Positions 32,866-41,762 are shown, numbered from the stretch's first letter. The stretch is DNA of 64,000 nt from Candidatus Limnocylindrales bacterium (GCA_036274475.1 DASUFO010000087.1:72936-136935); one strand, 5' to 3'. A program made the numbers and translations. Notes: generated by a model from the letters alone, not told the origin.

Positions 32866-33114
32866 TCAGTCGTACAGCCGCTCCAGGTGCCACGTCCCGT
32901 CGACCCGGTCGAGGTAGACGAGGGCCAGCCAGCGCTCCCCAACCACCTTGAAGTAATCCCGCTCGATCGGCTCGCGCCACCATTCCTCGGCGACCCGCCA
33001 CTGGTTGCAGACCTCGACGTGCTCGCGGCGGCCGTTCCAGCGGATCGCGACGAGGTCGCCGGCCGCGTCCATCTCGACGTCGATCGGCGGGTGCTCGCGC
33101 ATGAGCCGCGTCAT
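32866..33114 (-). CDS. Small Trp-rich protein downstream of imuB (DUF6504-like by recollection)
   Basis: ATG at 33114: MTRLMREHPPIDVEMDAAGDLVAIRWNGRREHVEVCNQWRVAEEWWREPIERDYFKVVGERWLALVYLDRVDGTWHLERLYD. The track's longer version (to 33282) adds a Gly-rich N-terminus of doubtful reality. Confidence 0.55.
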   Translation of the reverse strand: MTRLMREHPPIDVEMDAAGDLVAIRWNGRREHVEVCNQWRVAEEWWREPIERDYFKVVGERWLALVYLDRVDGTWHLERLYD

Positions 33115-33370
33115 CGTTCCATCGCCGCCATCGCCGCCAACGCCGCAATCGCCGCCGCCCTCGCCGCCATGGGGCCCATCTGGAACGCCCAGCGAGCGTA
33201 ACGACGAACGGCGGCTCGCCCACCGGCCCGGTGGATCGCCCGGCGTTCCAACTGGCGGGGGAGCCGCCTGAATTGGCCCCAATCGAAGGGTTCCTTCGTC
33301 ACTGTGAACGCCTGGCGTTCCAAGTGGTCTCCGGCAGGAGGAGACAGGCGAGCAGCGAGAGCGGAGGCGC

Positions 33371-34603
33371 TCACGGACGCCACGTCCAGCGCGACTCGGC
33401 GAGCGGCGCGTCCGGGTCCGCGATTGCTGCCCGCCTGACGCGACCCTCTCCGAACGTCAGCGCAAGACGGGCGAGCTGCCACCCGAGCCGGGCGTTCCGC
33501 GCCGCCTGTGGCACGAACAGCGGAAGCTGCTGCCCCACCGCCGGCTCCACTCCCGCCAGCTCCAGCTCGACGCTCACCACCGGCGCCGGCGGCGGAGTCC
33601 GCTCGAGCCGCGCGAACAGCAGCCGCTCGATCGCCTCGGCATCGGAGGTTGGTTCGGGGAAGCGCTGCTCGACGGCGAGCTCCGGCGGTGTGCCGCGCGG
33701 GGCGAACGTGACATCGAGCGCCAGCCGGAGATACCCGCGCGCCGCCGCCGTGCCGCGCGCTTCGAGCTGGTCCGCGAGCGTTCCGGCGAGGCGGTGCAGG
33801 ACGAACCGGAGCGAGTCCAGCTCGGCGACCGCGGGTTCGATCGGGAGACGGAGCGCGAGACGCTCCGGGGCACGACGCGGGCGGAACGGGTTGACCTCGA
33901 CGCCGCGAGCCCGGTCGTGGAGCAGCTCGCCCTCCGCTCCGAAGCGAGCCACGAGCGCTGACCGCGGCAGCTCCGCCACCGCCCCGATCTGGCGCAGCCC
34001 GAACCGTCGCAGCCGGTCCCGGACGTCCTGGTCCTGGCTCAGCAGGGAGGCCGGCAGCGGAGCGAGGAACGGCGCCTCACCGCCGGCGCGAACGATCCGC
34101 GGCTCGGCGGGAGTGGCATTACCGGCTGCGATCGTGGCCGCAAACCGCGTCCCGGCGATGCCCGGTCGGGGCGATCCCGGGAGCGTCCCGGCGAGCGCAG
34201 CCACGAGTCGGGAGACGACGTCCGGCTCCGGGCCCCAGAGGCGCTCGAGACCGTCGACCTGGACTTCGAGCAGGCCGAAGGCCGGATCGGCCTGGTCCGA
34301 GACGCCGGCGAGCCCCGGACTGAACCGGGCGAGGATCTCGAATGCCGCCTCGACGCTCGCGGCGTCCTCGTCCGGCTCCGGATCGAGGAACGCCGCCTCA
34401 GGTGCGAGCCGGTGGGCGCTGCCGAGCGGGATCCCGCGCCGGACGCCGAGCGCCAGAGCCGCCGGATCGGCGTCGATCACCGTTCCGTCCGTCCAGGGCT
34501 GGCCGCCGAGGACGACCGGCCGGTCGGTCGGGAAGGAGTCGGAGCGGCGGGCTCTCGCGAGCCGGAGCGGGAGATGGGGCCAGTAGAGGTGGAGAAGTCG
34601 CAT
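33371..34603 (-). CDS. imuB: ImuB, Y-family DNA polymerase-like mutasome subunit
   Basis: 410 aa. MRLLHLYWPHLPLRLA is a typical N-terminus, with a DinB/UmuC-like core lacking obvious catalytic acidic motifs. Positioned between imuA and dnaE2. Confidence 0.85.
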   Translation of the reverse strand: MRLLHLYWPHLPLRLARARRSDSFPTDRPVVLGGQPWTDGTVIDADPAALALGVRRGIPLGSAHRLAPEAAFLDPEPDEDAASVEAAFEILARFSPGLAGVSDQADPAFGLLEVQVDGLERLWGPEPDVVSRLVAALAGTLPGSPRPGIAGTRFAATIAAGNATPAEPRIVRAGGEAPFLAPLPASLLSQDQDVRDRLRRFGLRQIGAVAELPRSALVARFGAEGELLHDRARGVEVNPFRPRRAPERLALRLPIEPAVAELDSLRFVLHRLAGTLADQLEARGTAAARGYLRLALDVTFAPRGTPPELAVEQRFPEPTSDAEAIERLLFARLERTPPPAPVVSVELELAGVEPAVGQQLPLFVPQAARNARLGWQLARLALTFGEGRVRRAAIADPDAPLAESRWTWRP

Positions 34604-35465
34604 CGGTCGGGATCCGCTGGATGGGGCCGGTGGGGGCGGCGGTGTCGTCGAGGAAGAGCTCCGGGCGGCGGAGACAGCGATCGCGCTCGCCGCCCTCGGC
34701 GTAGAGGATCCGGAGCTCCGCTCGCCTCCCCGGCGGACCGAACCGGTTCCGGGCGACGGTCACCTCTGCCTGTTGACCGACGACGTCGCGCCCGAGCCGG
34801 ATCCACGACTGGCGGGCGAGCTCGAGGCGGAGACCGGTCGATTCGGCGACGGCCGTCGCGAGCCCGGCCGTGAGACCCGGTGGTTCGAGCGCCACGAGCA
34901 GCGTCTCCGACCGACGGGCGAGGGCCGCCAGGCGGCGGAGCCGTTCCGCGACCTTGGCCGGGGTCGTGCCGGGATCCGGACGGAGTGGCAGGTCGATCAC
35001 GAGCAGATCCACCGAGCGACCGGCGAGCAGCGCCCCGGCGATCGAGAGCCCCTCGTCGAGCGTGTCCGGCGTGAGGACGACGAGCCAGTCCAGGCGGATG
35101 CCGCGGGCGACGGCCTCGACCGGGTCCAGCGCGCGGGCCAGATCCAGCCAGGCGACGATCGCACCATCGGCCTGGGCCTCTGCGGCGAGACGGAGCGCAA
35201 GGGTCGTCTTGCCCGAGCTCGCATCACCGCGGAGCGCGACGCTCGCGCTGCGCGGCAAGCCACCCGGACCGAGAATGGCGTCGAGCGCCGGGAAGCCGGT
35301 TCGGACGATCCGCTCGACCGTTTCCGTGGCCGGTCGCGGCGCCTCGTCCTCCTCCGAGGGGAGCGGTGCGGTCGCCAGCGCGCCGATGACCCGCGGAGCT
35401 GCCGCTCCCCAACGCGCCTCGAGGGTCGCCAGGGCCGCCGACACGTCCGGAGAAAGCGCCGCCAT
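34398..35465 (-). CDS. imuA: ImuA, RecA/SulA-like mutasome subunit
   Basis: 355 aa. FPALDAILGPGGLPRSASVALRGDASSGKTTLALRLAAEA (P-loop, RecA-like). The 3' 206 nt overlap imuB out of frame. Confidence 0.8.
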   Translation of the reverse strand: MAALSPDVSAALATLEARWGAAAPRVIGALATAPLPSEEDEAPRPATETVERIVRTGFPALDAILGPGGLPRSASVALRGDASSGKTTLALRLAAEAQADGAIVAWLDLARALDPVEAVARGIRLDWLVVLTPDTLDEGLSIAGALLAGRSVDLLVIDLPLRPDPGTTPAKVAERLRRLAALARRSETLLVALEPPGLTAGLATAVAESTGLRLELARQSWIRLGRDVVGQQAEVTVARNRFGPPGRRAELRILYAEGGERDRCLRRPELFLDDTAAPTGPIQRIPTDATSPPLLAPSPAPARESPPLRLLPDRPAGRPRRPALDGRNGDRRRSGGSGARRPARDPARQRPPART

Positions 35466-35471
35466 TGGTCG

Positions 35472-35500
35472 ATAGTAGAACAGATGTTCTAATCAATCAA
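35472..35500 (-). promoter_or_regulatory. imuA promoter with embedded LexA box (GAACAGATGTTC at 35478..35489)
   Basis: On the minus strand: TTGATT (35500..35495), 17 nt containing GAACATCTGTTC, TACTAT (35477..35472), 6 nt, then ATG. This suggests a leaderless or near-leaderless transcript. Confidence 0.8.
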
Positions 35501-35532
35501 CCGCAATCGCGGTCCTTCCCGGCCGGCGATCG

Positions 35533-36435
35533 CTACGGCAGGGCCACCGCGACCAGTCCTGCCATGATGCCGGCGAGGCCGACCCACTGGCTTGGCCGCA
35601 GGCGTTCGCGCCAGAACGTGACCGCCGCGATCACCGCGACCACCGGGCCGAACGAGCTCGCCAGGCCGACGATCCACGTCGGGGCGACCTCGAGGCCGAT
35701 CGCGAACGCGAACACGCCGACGACATCGAGCAGACCCGCCAGGGACGCGGCTCCCGCGGCCCTCGTTGGCGACGTCGCCGCTCCAGCTGACGACCCGGCG
35801 AGCAGCGCCGCCGTCCGCCGCGACCGGACCGCGAGAAGGACCCCCAGCACCAGCCAGACTGTCGCGGCATTCGCGAGTCGCGAGGCGAGGACGACCGGCA
35901 TCCAGCCGGCCGCTCGGATCGGTGTAGCCAGGCCGACGGTCAGGATCGTGAACAGCAGCATCGCAACCAGCGAGAGCACGACGCCGCGGCCTACGATCCG
36001 CGTCCCACGAATGCCTCCGTCGAAGACGACGCCGGTCAGCACGACCCCGGCGGTCGCGAGCGCCGCACCGAACCCCTGCAGCGGCGTGAGCGATTCGCCG
36101 CGCAGGATCACAGCCAGGACGACCGTCAGGCCGCCATACGCAGCCACGACCGGACTGACGACCGCGAGCGGCCCGATCCGCAGCGCCGTGAAGAAGGACA
36201 GGTAGGCGCCAGCAGCGACAGCACCGAAGAACAGCGACTGGAGGAGCGTGCCCGGGTCGGTGGGAAGCGTCTCCCCGAGCGCGATCGCGAGCAGGATCGC
36301 GACGAGCAGGCTCGTGCCCTGGGCGATCGCCGCGACGGGCAGGCTGCCGAGGCGCCGGCTGCCGACCGTGGCCATGACGTCGGTCGAGCCCCAGCAGAGC
36401 GCGGCGATCAGGCCGTAGTCGAGTCCGAGAGGCAT
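35533..36435 (-). CDS. EamA/DMT family transporter
   Basis: 300 aa, 10 predicted helices. Paralogous in architecture to 13512..14375. Confidence 0.75.
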   Translation of the reverse strand: MPLGLDYGLIAALCWGSTDVMATVGSRRLGSLPVAAIAQGTSLLVAILLAIALGETLPTDPGTLLQSLFFGAVAAGAYLSFFTALRIGPLAVVSPVVAAYGGLTVVLAVILRGESLTPLQGFGAALATAGVVLTGVVFDGGIRGTRIVGRGVVLSLVAMLLFTILTVGLATPIRAAGWMPVVLASRLANAATVWLVLGVLLAVRSRRTAALLAGSSAGAATSPTRAAGAASLAGLLDVVGVFAFAIGLEVAPTWIVGLASSFGPVVAVIAAVTFWRERLRPSQWVGLAGIMAGLVAVALP

Positions 36436-36531
36436 CCTTGGAGCCTAGAGGTCGGCGTGGCGCGCTCGTCGGGCCGGATCGGTCGGCGGGACGGCAGCGG
36501 GGCCTCTGCTAGACTCTGGCCCCGATCCCGT

Positions 36532-36607
36532 GGGGATGTAGCTCAGCTGGGAGAGCACCGCGTTCGCATCGCGGGGGTCAGGGGTTCGAGTCCCCTCATC
36601 TCCACCA
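36532..36607 (+). tRNA. tRNA-Ala (anticodon CGC)
   Basis: Manual cloverleaf: GGGGATG/CATCTCC acceptor with G3:U70, D arm GCTC-AGCTGGGA-GAGC, anticodon arm CCGCG-TTCGCAT-CGCGG, T arm AGGGG-TTCGAGT-CCCCT, encoded CCA. Confidence 0.95.
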
Positions 36608-36762
36608 CTCACCTGCGGGCAACGCCGACGGCGCCACTGGTCCCCGCGTCCAACGTGTAACTGGTCCTCGTCGCGGCGTGCTCCGCGAGAGACGATCGAC
36701 CTCTCCCGGGCGCGGTAGATCCCGCGTCGTCGAGGCCGCGCTCGGGCTTTCGTGAGGCGACG

Positions 36763-37299
36763 ATGACGTTCGACCCAATCGGCGCACCCGAGGGATATCG
36801 CCAGTCGCTGTTGGCCGCACTTGGCGACGATGATCCGGCTGCCGTTCAGGCAGCTACGCCGGGGCTCCTCCGGCGCCTCGTCCGCGAGGCAGGCGACGCA
36901 TTCACGGTTGCGCCGGAGCCCGGTGAATGGTCCGTGGCGGGATGTCTCGCCCATCTCGTCGATGGTGAGGTCATCGTCGCCGCCCGCTGTCGCTGGATCC
37001 TGGCCGAGGACGAGCCGGACATCGTCGGGTACGACCAGGCGCTGTGGGTGTCGCGCCTCGATCAGGAGCGGGACGACCCGGAGATCCTGCTCGCCGTCTT
37101 CGAGTCGCTTCGGCGGTGGAACCTCGATCTCTGGGCTCGGACGCCGGTCCCGTCGCGCAGCCGCGTTGGGCTGCATCGCGCCCGCGGGCCCGAGTCGTAT
37201 GAGCTCACGTTCCGCCTGGCCGCGGGCCATGACCGGGTCCACCTCGACCAGGCGCGTCGGGCGCTGGAATCCGCGCGAGGTCTCGTCGCGCGCCGCTAG
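36763..37299 (+). CDS. DinB-family (DinB_2-like) metal-dependent protein
   Basis: 178 aa four-helix-bundle pattern with spaced His residues (GCLAHLVDGE...AAGHDRVHLDQA). Confidence 0.65.
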   Translation: MTFDPIGAPEGYRQSLLAALGDDDPAAVQAATPGLLRRLVREAGDAFTVAPEPGEWSVAGCLAHLVDGEVIVAARCRWILAEDEPDIVGYDQALWVSRLDQERDDPEILLAVFESLRRWNLDLWARTPVPSRSRVGLHRARGPESYELTFRLAAGHDRVHLDQARRALESARGLVARR

Positions 37300-37308
37300 G
37301 ATGGCTCG

Positions 37309-37830
37309 ATGGCAGAGCCCGGTTCGGAGCGCGTCTTTCTCGTCGGCATGGTCGGCTCGGGCAAGACGACGATCGGTCGAGCGCTCAGCGACCGCACCGG
37401 CTGGCCGTACCTCGACAACGACGACCTCGTCGAGCGGCTGACCGGCCGCAAACCGGCAGAGATCTACGCGACCGATGGCGAGGACGTCCTCCACGTCGCC
37501 GAGGCGCGCGCGCTCGACGCGGCGCTCGACATGGATCCGCCGGTCATCGTCGGCGTGGCCGGATTCATCGTTGACGACCCCGCGGCTCGCGAGGCGCTCC
37601 GCGACGGCGGCCATGTCGTGTGGCTCCGGGCGCGGCCCGACACGCTCATCTCGCGCATGCGCCCGGACGACGGGCGTCGGGCGGACGCGCACGATCCCGA
37701 CTGGGTGCGGGCGCGCGTCCGCGAGCGTGAGCCACTCTACGCCGCGGCTGCCTCACAGATCATCGACGTCGACGATACGCAGCCGGCCGAGGTTGTCGAC
37801 TTGATCCTCGGGGCGCTGAGCGAACGCTGA
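37309..37830 (+). CDS. Shikimate kinase-like P-loop kinase
   Basis: VFLVGMVGSGKTTIGRALSDRTGWPYLDNDDLVE...GEDVLHVAEARAL...VVWLRARPDTLISR follows the AroK-like order of motifs. There are no other aro genes nearby. Confidence 0.6.
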   Translation: MAEPGSERVFLVGMVGSGKTTIGRALSDRTGWPYLDNDDLVERLTGRKPAEIYATDGEDVLHVAEARALDAALDMDPPVIVGVAGFIVDDPAAREALRDGGHVVWLRARPDTLISRMRPDDGRRADAHDPDWVRARVREREPLYAAAASQIIDVDDTQPAEVVDLILGALSER

Positions 37831-37846
37831 CGCCGGAGGGCCGAGC

Positions 37847-38656
37847 TCAGGCCGAGGCGAGCTCGGGCGTCGGTCGATCGGCCGGCGCGGGCGGGGCATC
37901 GTCGAGCGCGGCGTGGAGCTCGTACGAGTGGTCGCGCAGCCACCGACGCCACGTCACGTGGTCCGCGCGACGGCTCGCGACGAGCGCCCAGAACCGGGGC
38001 CCGTGGCCGAAAGCGCGTAGATGGGCCAGCTCGTGGACGACGACGGTTTCCAGCGCCTCCGGCGGTGCGAGGACGAGTCGCCAGGAGAAGCTGAGCCGCC
38101 GCTTCCGCGACGCGCTGCCCCAGCGGCTTCGCTGGTCGCGTACGGTCACGGCCGTCGGTTGGACCTCCAGCGCCGGCGCGTGCGTCGCGATCGCGGCGTC
38201 GATCGCAGCACGAGCCCGGTCCCGGAACCAGGCCTCGAGCACGGCGCGGACGGAGCGTCGATCGCCGTCCGCGAGTCGCACGACGAGCTCGTCGCCTGCC
38301 TCGTCACCGACGCGTGCAACCGACGAACGGCGGGCGCCGGGGGCCGTGACGACCCGGAGGTGGTGCATCTCGCCGCGGTAGCGGATCGAGCCTCCGTCAC
38401 GGAGCCCGCCGCGGGCCGCGAGCTCTGCGCGTTGGCGCGCATGGCGCTCGACATGGCGCCGGACCCAGGACTCCCGCTCGCGCAGGAATCCCTCGATCGT
38501 CGGTTCGGGATGGGCCCAGCCGCGACGAGTCGCCGGCGGGACGGTAACGACGAGACCCTGGACCGGGTCGATCGTGACGCGGAGGTGGCGCGACCGCGGC
38601 GATCGTCGAAGCGTGTACTCCGGAAGCGGGCCGGCCATCGGACGCGATCGTGACAC
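37847..38656 (-). CDS. YgjP-like (DUF45/M48-related) metallopeptidase
   Basis: HELAHLRAFGHGPRFWALV (HExxH followed by FW) in the C-terminal third. Confidence 0.75.
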   Translation of the reverse strand: MSRSRPMAGPLPEYTLRRSPRSRHLRVTIDPVQGLVVTVPPATRRGWAHPEPTIEGFLRERESWVRRHVERHARQRAELAARGGLRDGGSIRYRGEMHHLRVVTAPGARRSSVARVGDEAGDELVVRLADGDRRSVRAVLEAWFRDRARAAIDAAIATHAPALEVQPTAVTVRDQRSRWGSASRKRRLSFSWRLVLAPPEALETVVVHELAHLRAFGHGPRFWALVASRRADHVTWRRWLRDHSYELHAALDDAPPAPADRPTPELASA

Positions 38657-38806
38657 ATCCCGGGTGTTGCGCGCTGCGGAATCGCTGGCTCACCCGGTGA
38701 GACTCGGCGTGCTGCGCTGACGGCCGACGGGGCATCGTGGCGGGGCCGCCGGCGACGATCCGGCGCGGACGCCCGCACCGCCCGCCACCGTGACGAGGCT
38801 CACTGC

Positions 38807-40006
38807 ATGATCCGAACCACGCCCTTCCACGAGCGAACGAGCGCCCTGAATCAAACGGGGCTGTGGGAGCACTGGTCGAACCACCTCGCCGCCGTTCGGT
38901 ACCAGCAGTCCGAGAAGTTCGAATACTTCGCAATCCGCAACGCCGCTGGGCTGTTCGACTCGTCGCCGCTCTACAAGTACCGGATCACCGGCTCCGACGC
39001 GGAGCGGTTCCTGGCAGGCGTTCTCGTTCGCGACATCCGGGCGTGCCCGCCCGGCCACGCCCAGTACACGGCGTGGTGTGACGACCGCGGTTTCGTCGTC
39101 GAGGACGGCGTCATCCTCCGCCACGGGCCCGAAGCGTTCGTCCTGACTGCCGCCGAACCGAACCTCGACTACTTCGAGCGGCTGATCGGCCGGCTCGACG
39201 TCGGGATCGAGGAGGTCTCGCACGACTGGGCGGTCCTCGCTGTCCAGGGCCCGCGCGCTGCGGCGCTGCTCGGGACGCTGACGCCGGACGTCGCGGGGCT
39301 CCCCTACTTCGGTCTGACCTCGACGAAGATCGCCAAGGTCCCGGTGACGATCTCGCGAACCGGCTATACCGGCGATCTCGGGTTCGAGATCTGGATCCCG
39401 GCGGGCGACGCGCTGAAGGTCTGGGACGCCGTCGTGAATGCGAGCCGGGGCTGGGGTGTGATCCCGTTCGGCATGACCGCGCTGTACATGGCCCGGATCG
39501 AGGCCGGCCTCGTGCTGCTCGACGTCGACTTCCACTCGAGCCGCTTCGCCTGGACCGACGCCGACCGGACGACCCCGACCGAGCTGGGGCTCGGCTGGAT
39601 GCTTCGGACGATCGAGACAGACGATCGGGAGTTCATCGGCCGCGACGCAATCCGGCGGGAGCTGCGCGACAAGACATCGCGCTGGCGCCTGACCGGGCTG
39701 ATCGTCGACTGGAAGGACTACGACCGGATCTACGGCGCAGCGGGCCTCATCCCGCCCAAGGACCACACGCCGGTCCAGGACGAGTACTACGTCTACGACG
39801 ACGATCTCAACCAGCTCGGCTACGCGACCAGCCAGATGTATTCGCCGATGCTCCAGCGCCACATCGCGCTGGCCCGCGTCCCGCTGGATCGCGCGACGCC
39901 CGGCTCTCGGGTCAAGCTCGAGCTGGCCGTCAGCCACAAGTACGAGTACTTCGACGCCCACGTCGCCCGCCTGCCGCTGTTCAACCCCGAACGAAGGACC
40001 GCCTGA
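38807..40006 (+). CDS. Aminomethyltransferase-family (GcvT-like) folate-binding protein
   Basis: 399 aa. TPFHERT..., YFAIRNAAGLFDSSPLYKYRITGSDAERFL, LAVQGPRA, ISRTGYTGDLGFEIW. Confidence 0.85.
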   Translation: MIRTTPFHERTSALNQTGLWEHWSNHLAAVRYQQSEKFEYFAIRNAAGLFDSSPLYKYRITGSDAERFLAGVLVRDIRACPPGHAQYTAWCDDRGFVVEDGVILRHGPEAFVLTAAEPNLDYFERLIGRLDVGIEEVSHDWAVLAVQGPRAAALLGTLTPDVAGLPYFGLTSTKIAKVPVTISRTGYTGDLGFEIWIPAGDALKVWDAVVNASRGWGVIPFGMTALYMARIEAGLVLLDVDFHSSRFAWTDADRTTPTELGLGWMLRTIETDDREFIGRDAIRRELRDKTSRWRLTGLIVDWKDYDRIYGAAGLIPPKDHTPVQDEYYVYDDDLNQLGYATSQMYSPMLQRHIALARVPLDRATPGSRVKLELAVSHKYEYFDAHVARLPLFNPERRTA

Positions 40007-40007
40007 C

Positions 40008-41690
40008 ATGCCGAAGACGTCCACGAAGGCTCCCAAGGCGGCGAAGGGCCCTGCGAGGGCCCCGGCAAAGGCGACCCGGTCGACGCGGGCGACCTCGAAG
40101 GCCGACCGGACCTACGACGCGATCGTCATCGGTGGCGGCCACAACGGCCTGACGAATGCCTCCTACCTGGCGAAGTCCGGGTTGCGCGTGCTGGTGCTCG
40201 AGCGGCGGCACCTCGTCGGCGGCGCGGCGATCACCGAGGAGCTTCGGCCGGGATTCTGGTTCACGACGTTCTCGTACGCGCTCTCACTCCTGCGGCCCGA
40301 CATCATTCACGAGCTCGAACTGACCAAGCACGGCTTCATGCCGATCCTCATGCCCTCGACGTTCTGCCCCAAGGAAGACGGCGACTACCTGCTGCTCGGT
40401 CAGGATCACGGCGAGAATCTGAAGGAGATCGCTCGCCATTCGAAGCGCGACGCCGATGCGTACGAGGCGTTCAACCACGACGTGGGCAAGGTCTGCCAGG
40501 CGATCAAGCCGCTGCTCGACATGGTCCCGCCGGACATCTTCAGCGACGACCCCGAGGAGCTCGTCGCGCTTGCCGCGCTCGGTGGGCACTTCCGGAAGCT
40601 CGACAAGAAAGTCCTGCATGACGCGGTCCGGCTGCTGACCGGGTCCGCGGCGGACTTCCTCGACGACTACTTCGAGTCGGACATCCTCAAGGGCTACATG
40701 GCCTCGTCCGCGATCATCGGGACGAAGGTGGGGCCGTACTCGCAGGGCTCCGGGCTCGTGCTGCTGTACCACATCCTCGGTGAACACGACGGCGAGTTCG
40801 GGGCGTGGGCGTTCCACAAGCGGGGCAACGGCGGCTTCACGCAGGTGCTGGCGCGGGCGGCGGAATCGTTCGGGGTCGAGATCAAGCTTGAGTCGCCGGT
40901 CGACCACGTGATCACCTCCGGCGGCCGCGCGACCGGCGTGGCCCTGACAGACGGCACGGAGTTCCACGCCCCGGTGGTCGTGTCAGCGCTCGACCCGCGG
41001 CGAACGTTCCTCGAGCTCGTCGAACCGCGCGAGCTGCCGACGGACCTCGTCGACGCGATCGAGCGCTTCCGCTTCCAGGGCACGTCGGCCAAGGTGAACT
41101 TCGCGCTCGACGGCTACCCGGAGTACCCCGCGCTGAAAGGGCGGACCGACCAGTACCGCGGCTTCACGAACATCGGGCCGTCGATGGAGTATCTGGAGCG
41201 GGCCTTCGACGACGCGAAGTACGGCTGGTACTCGAAGCGACCGTATCTCGACTGCGCGGTCCAGTCCGCGGTCGACCCGGACATGGCGCCGCCCGGAAAG
41301 GCGGTTCTCAGCTCGTTCGTCCAGTACGCGCCGTACAAGCTACGGGAGAGCGACTGGGACACCGAGAAGGAGCACCTGGGCGACACCGTTCAGGCGGTGC
41401 TCGAATCGTTCTTCCCGGGCTTCGGCAAGCTCATCCTGCAGCGGGAAGTCCGGACGCCGCTCGATATCGAGCGAACGGTTGGCTTGAGCGAAGGCAACAT
41501 CTTTGCCGGCGAGTTCCTCGCGCCGCAGATGTTCTTCTTCCGGCCGGCGCCGGGCTGGTCGCAATACCGGACGCCGATCGACGGCTACTACCAGTGCGGC
41601 TCGGGCACGCACCCGGGCGGCTGCGTGATGGGCGCGCCCGGCAAGCTCGCCGCGGGCCAGATCCTCAAGGACCGCGACCGAAAGAACTGA
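40008..41690 (+). CDS. FAD-dependent oxidoreductase, phytoene-desaturase/PYROXD2-like, with a Lys/Ala-rich N-terminal extension
   Basis: YDAIVIGGGHNGLTNASYLAKSGLRVLVLERRHLVGGAA (Rossmann dinucleotide motif). C-terminal GSGTHPGGCVMGAPG. ATG lies 1 nt after the upstream stop. The first ~33 aa are MPKTSTKAPKAAKGPARAPAKATRSTRATSKAD. Confidence 0.8.
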   Translation: MPKTSTKAPKAAKGPARAPAKATRSTRATSKADRTYDAIVIGGGHNGLTNASYLAKSGLRVLVLERRHLVGGAAITEELRPGFWFTTFSYALSLLRPDIIHELELTKHGFMPILMPSTFCPKEDGDYLLLGQDHGENLKEIARHSKRDADAYEAFNHDVGKVCQAIKPLLDMVPPDIFSDDPEELVALAALGGHFRKLDKKVLHDAVRLLTGSAADFLDDYFESDILKGYMASSAIIGTKVGPYSQGSGLVLLYHILGEHDGEFGAWAFHKRGNGGFTQVLARAAESFGVEIKLESPVDHVITSGGRATGVALTDGTEFHAPVVVSALDPRRTFLELVEPRELPTDLVDAIERFRFQGTSAKVNFALDGYPEYPALKGRTDQYRGFTNIGPSMEYLERAFDDAKYGWYSKRPYLDCAVQSAVDPDMAPPGKAVLSSFVQYAPYKLRESDWDTEKEHLGDTVQAVLESFFPGFGKLILQREVRTPLDIERTVGLSEGNIFAGEFLAPQMFFFRPAPGWSQYRTPIDGYYQCGSGTHPGGCVMGAPGKLAAGQILKDRDRKN

Positions 41691-41762
41691 CCACCGGGAC
41701 TAAGCGATCTGCCCCGCTGGGGCGTCGATTGGGTATCAACGCCCAGTTCGAAGGAGATCGCG

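Noticed and set aside
33115-33282. Gly-rich N-terminal extension (GGEGGGDCGVGGDGGDG) of the small Trp-rich protein in the track ORF
   Set aside because: It is a low-complexity sequence in GC-rich spacer DNA. The conserved-looking part starts at the internal ATG at 33114. It is kept only as an alternative start.
36436-36531. Promoters of the two tRNA-Ala genes (TAGACT at about 36510; TATACT at about 47450)
   Set aside because: The -10-like hexamers are visible but I found no convincing -35 elements at 16-18 nt, so they are left unannotated.
38657-38806. Looked for a glycine riboswitch upstream of the GcvT-like gene
   Set aside because: I could not find the conserved GGAGAG...CACCG / CTCTGGAGAG-type cores or the tandem aptamer layout. 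The region is also shared with a divergent gene.
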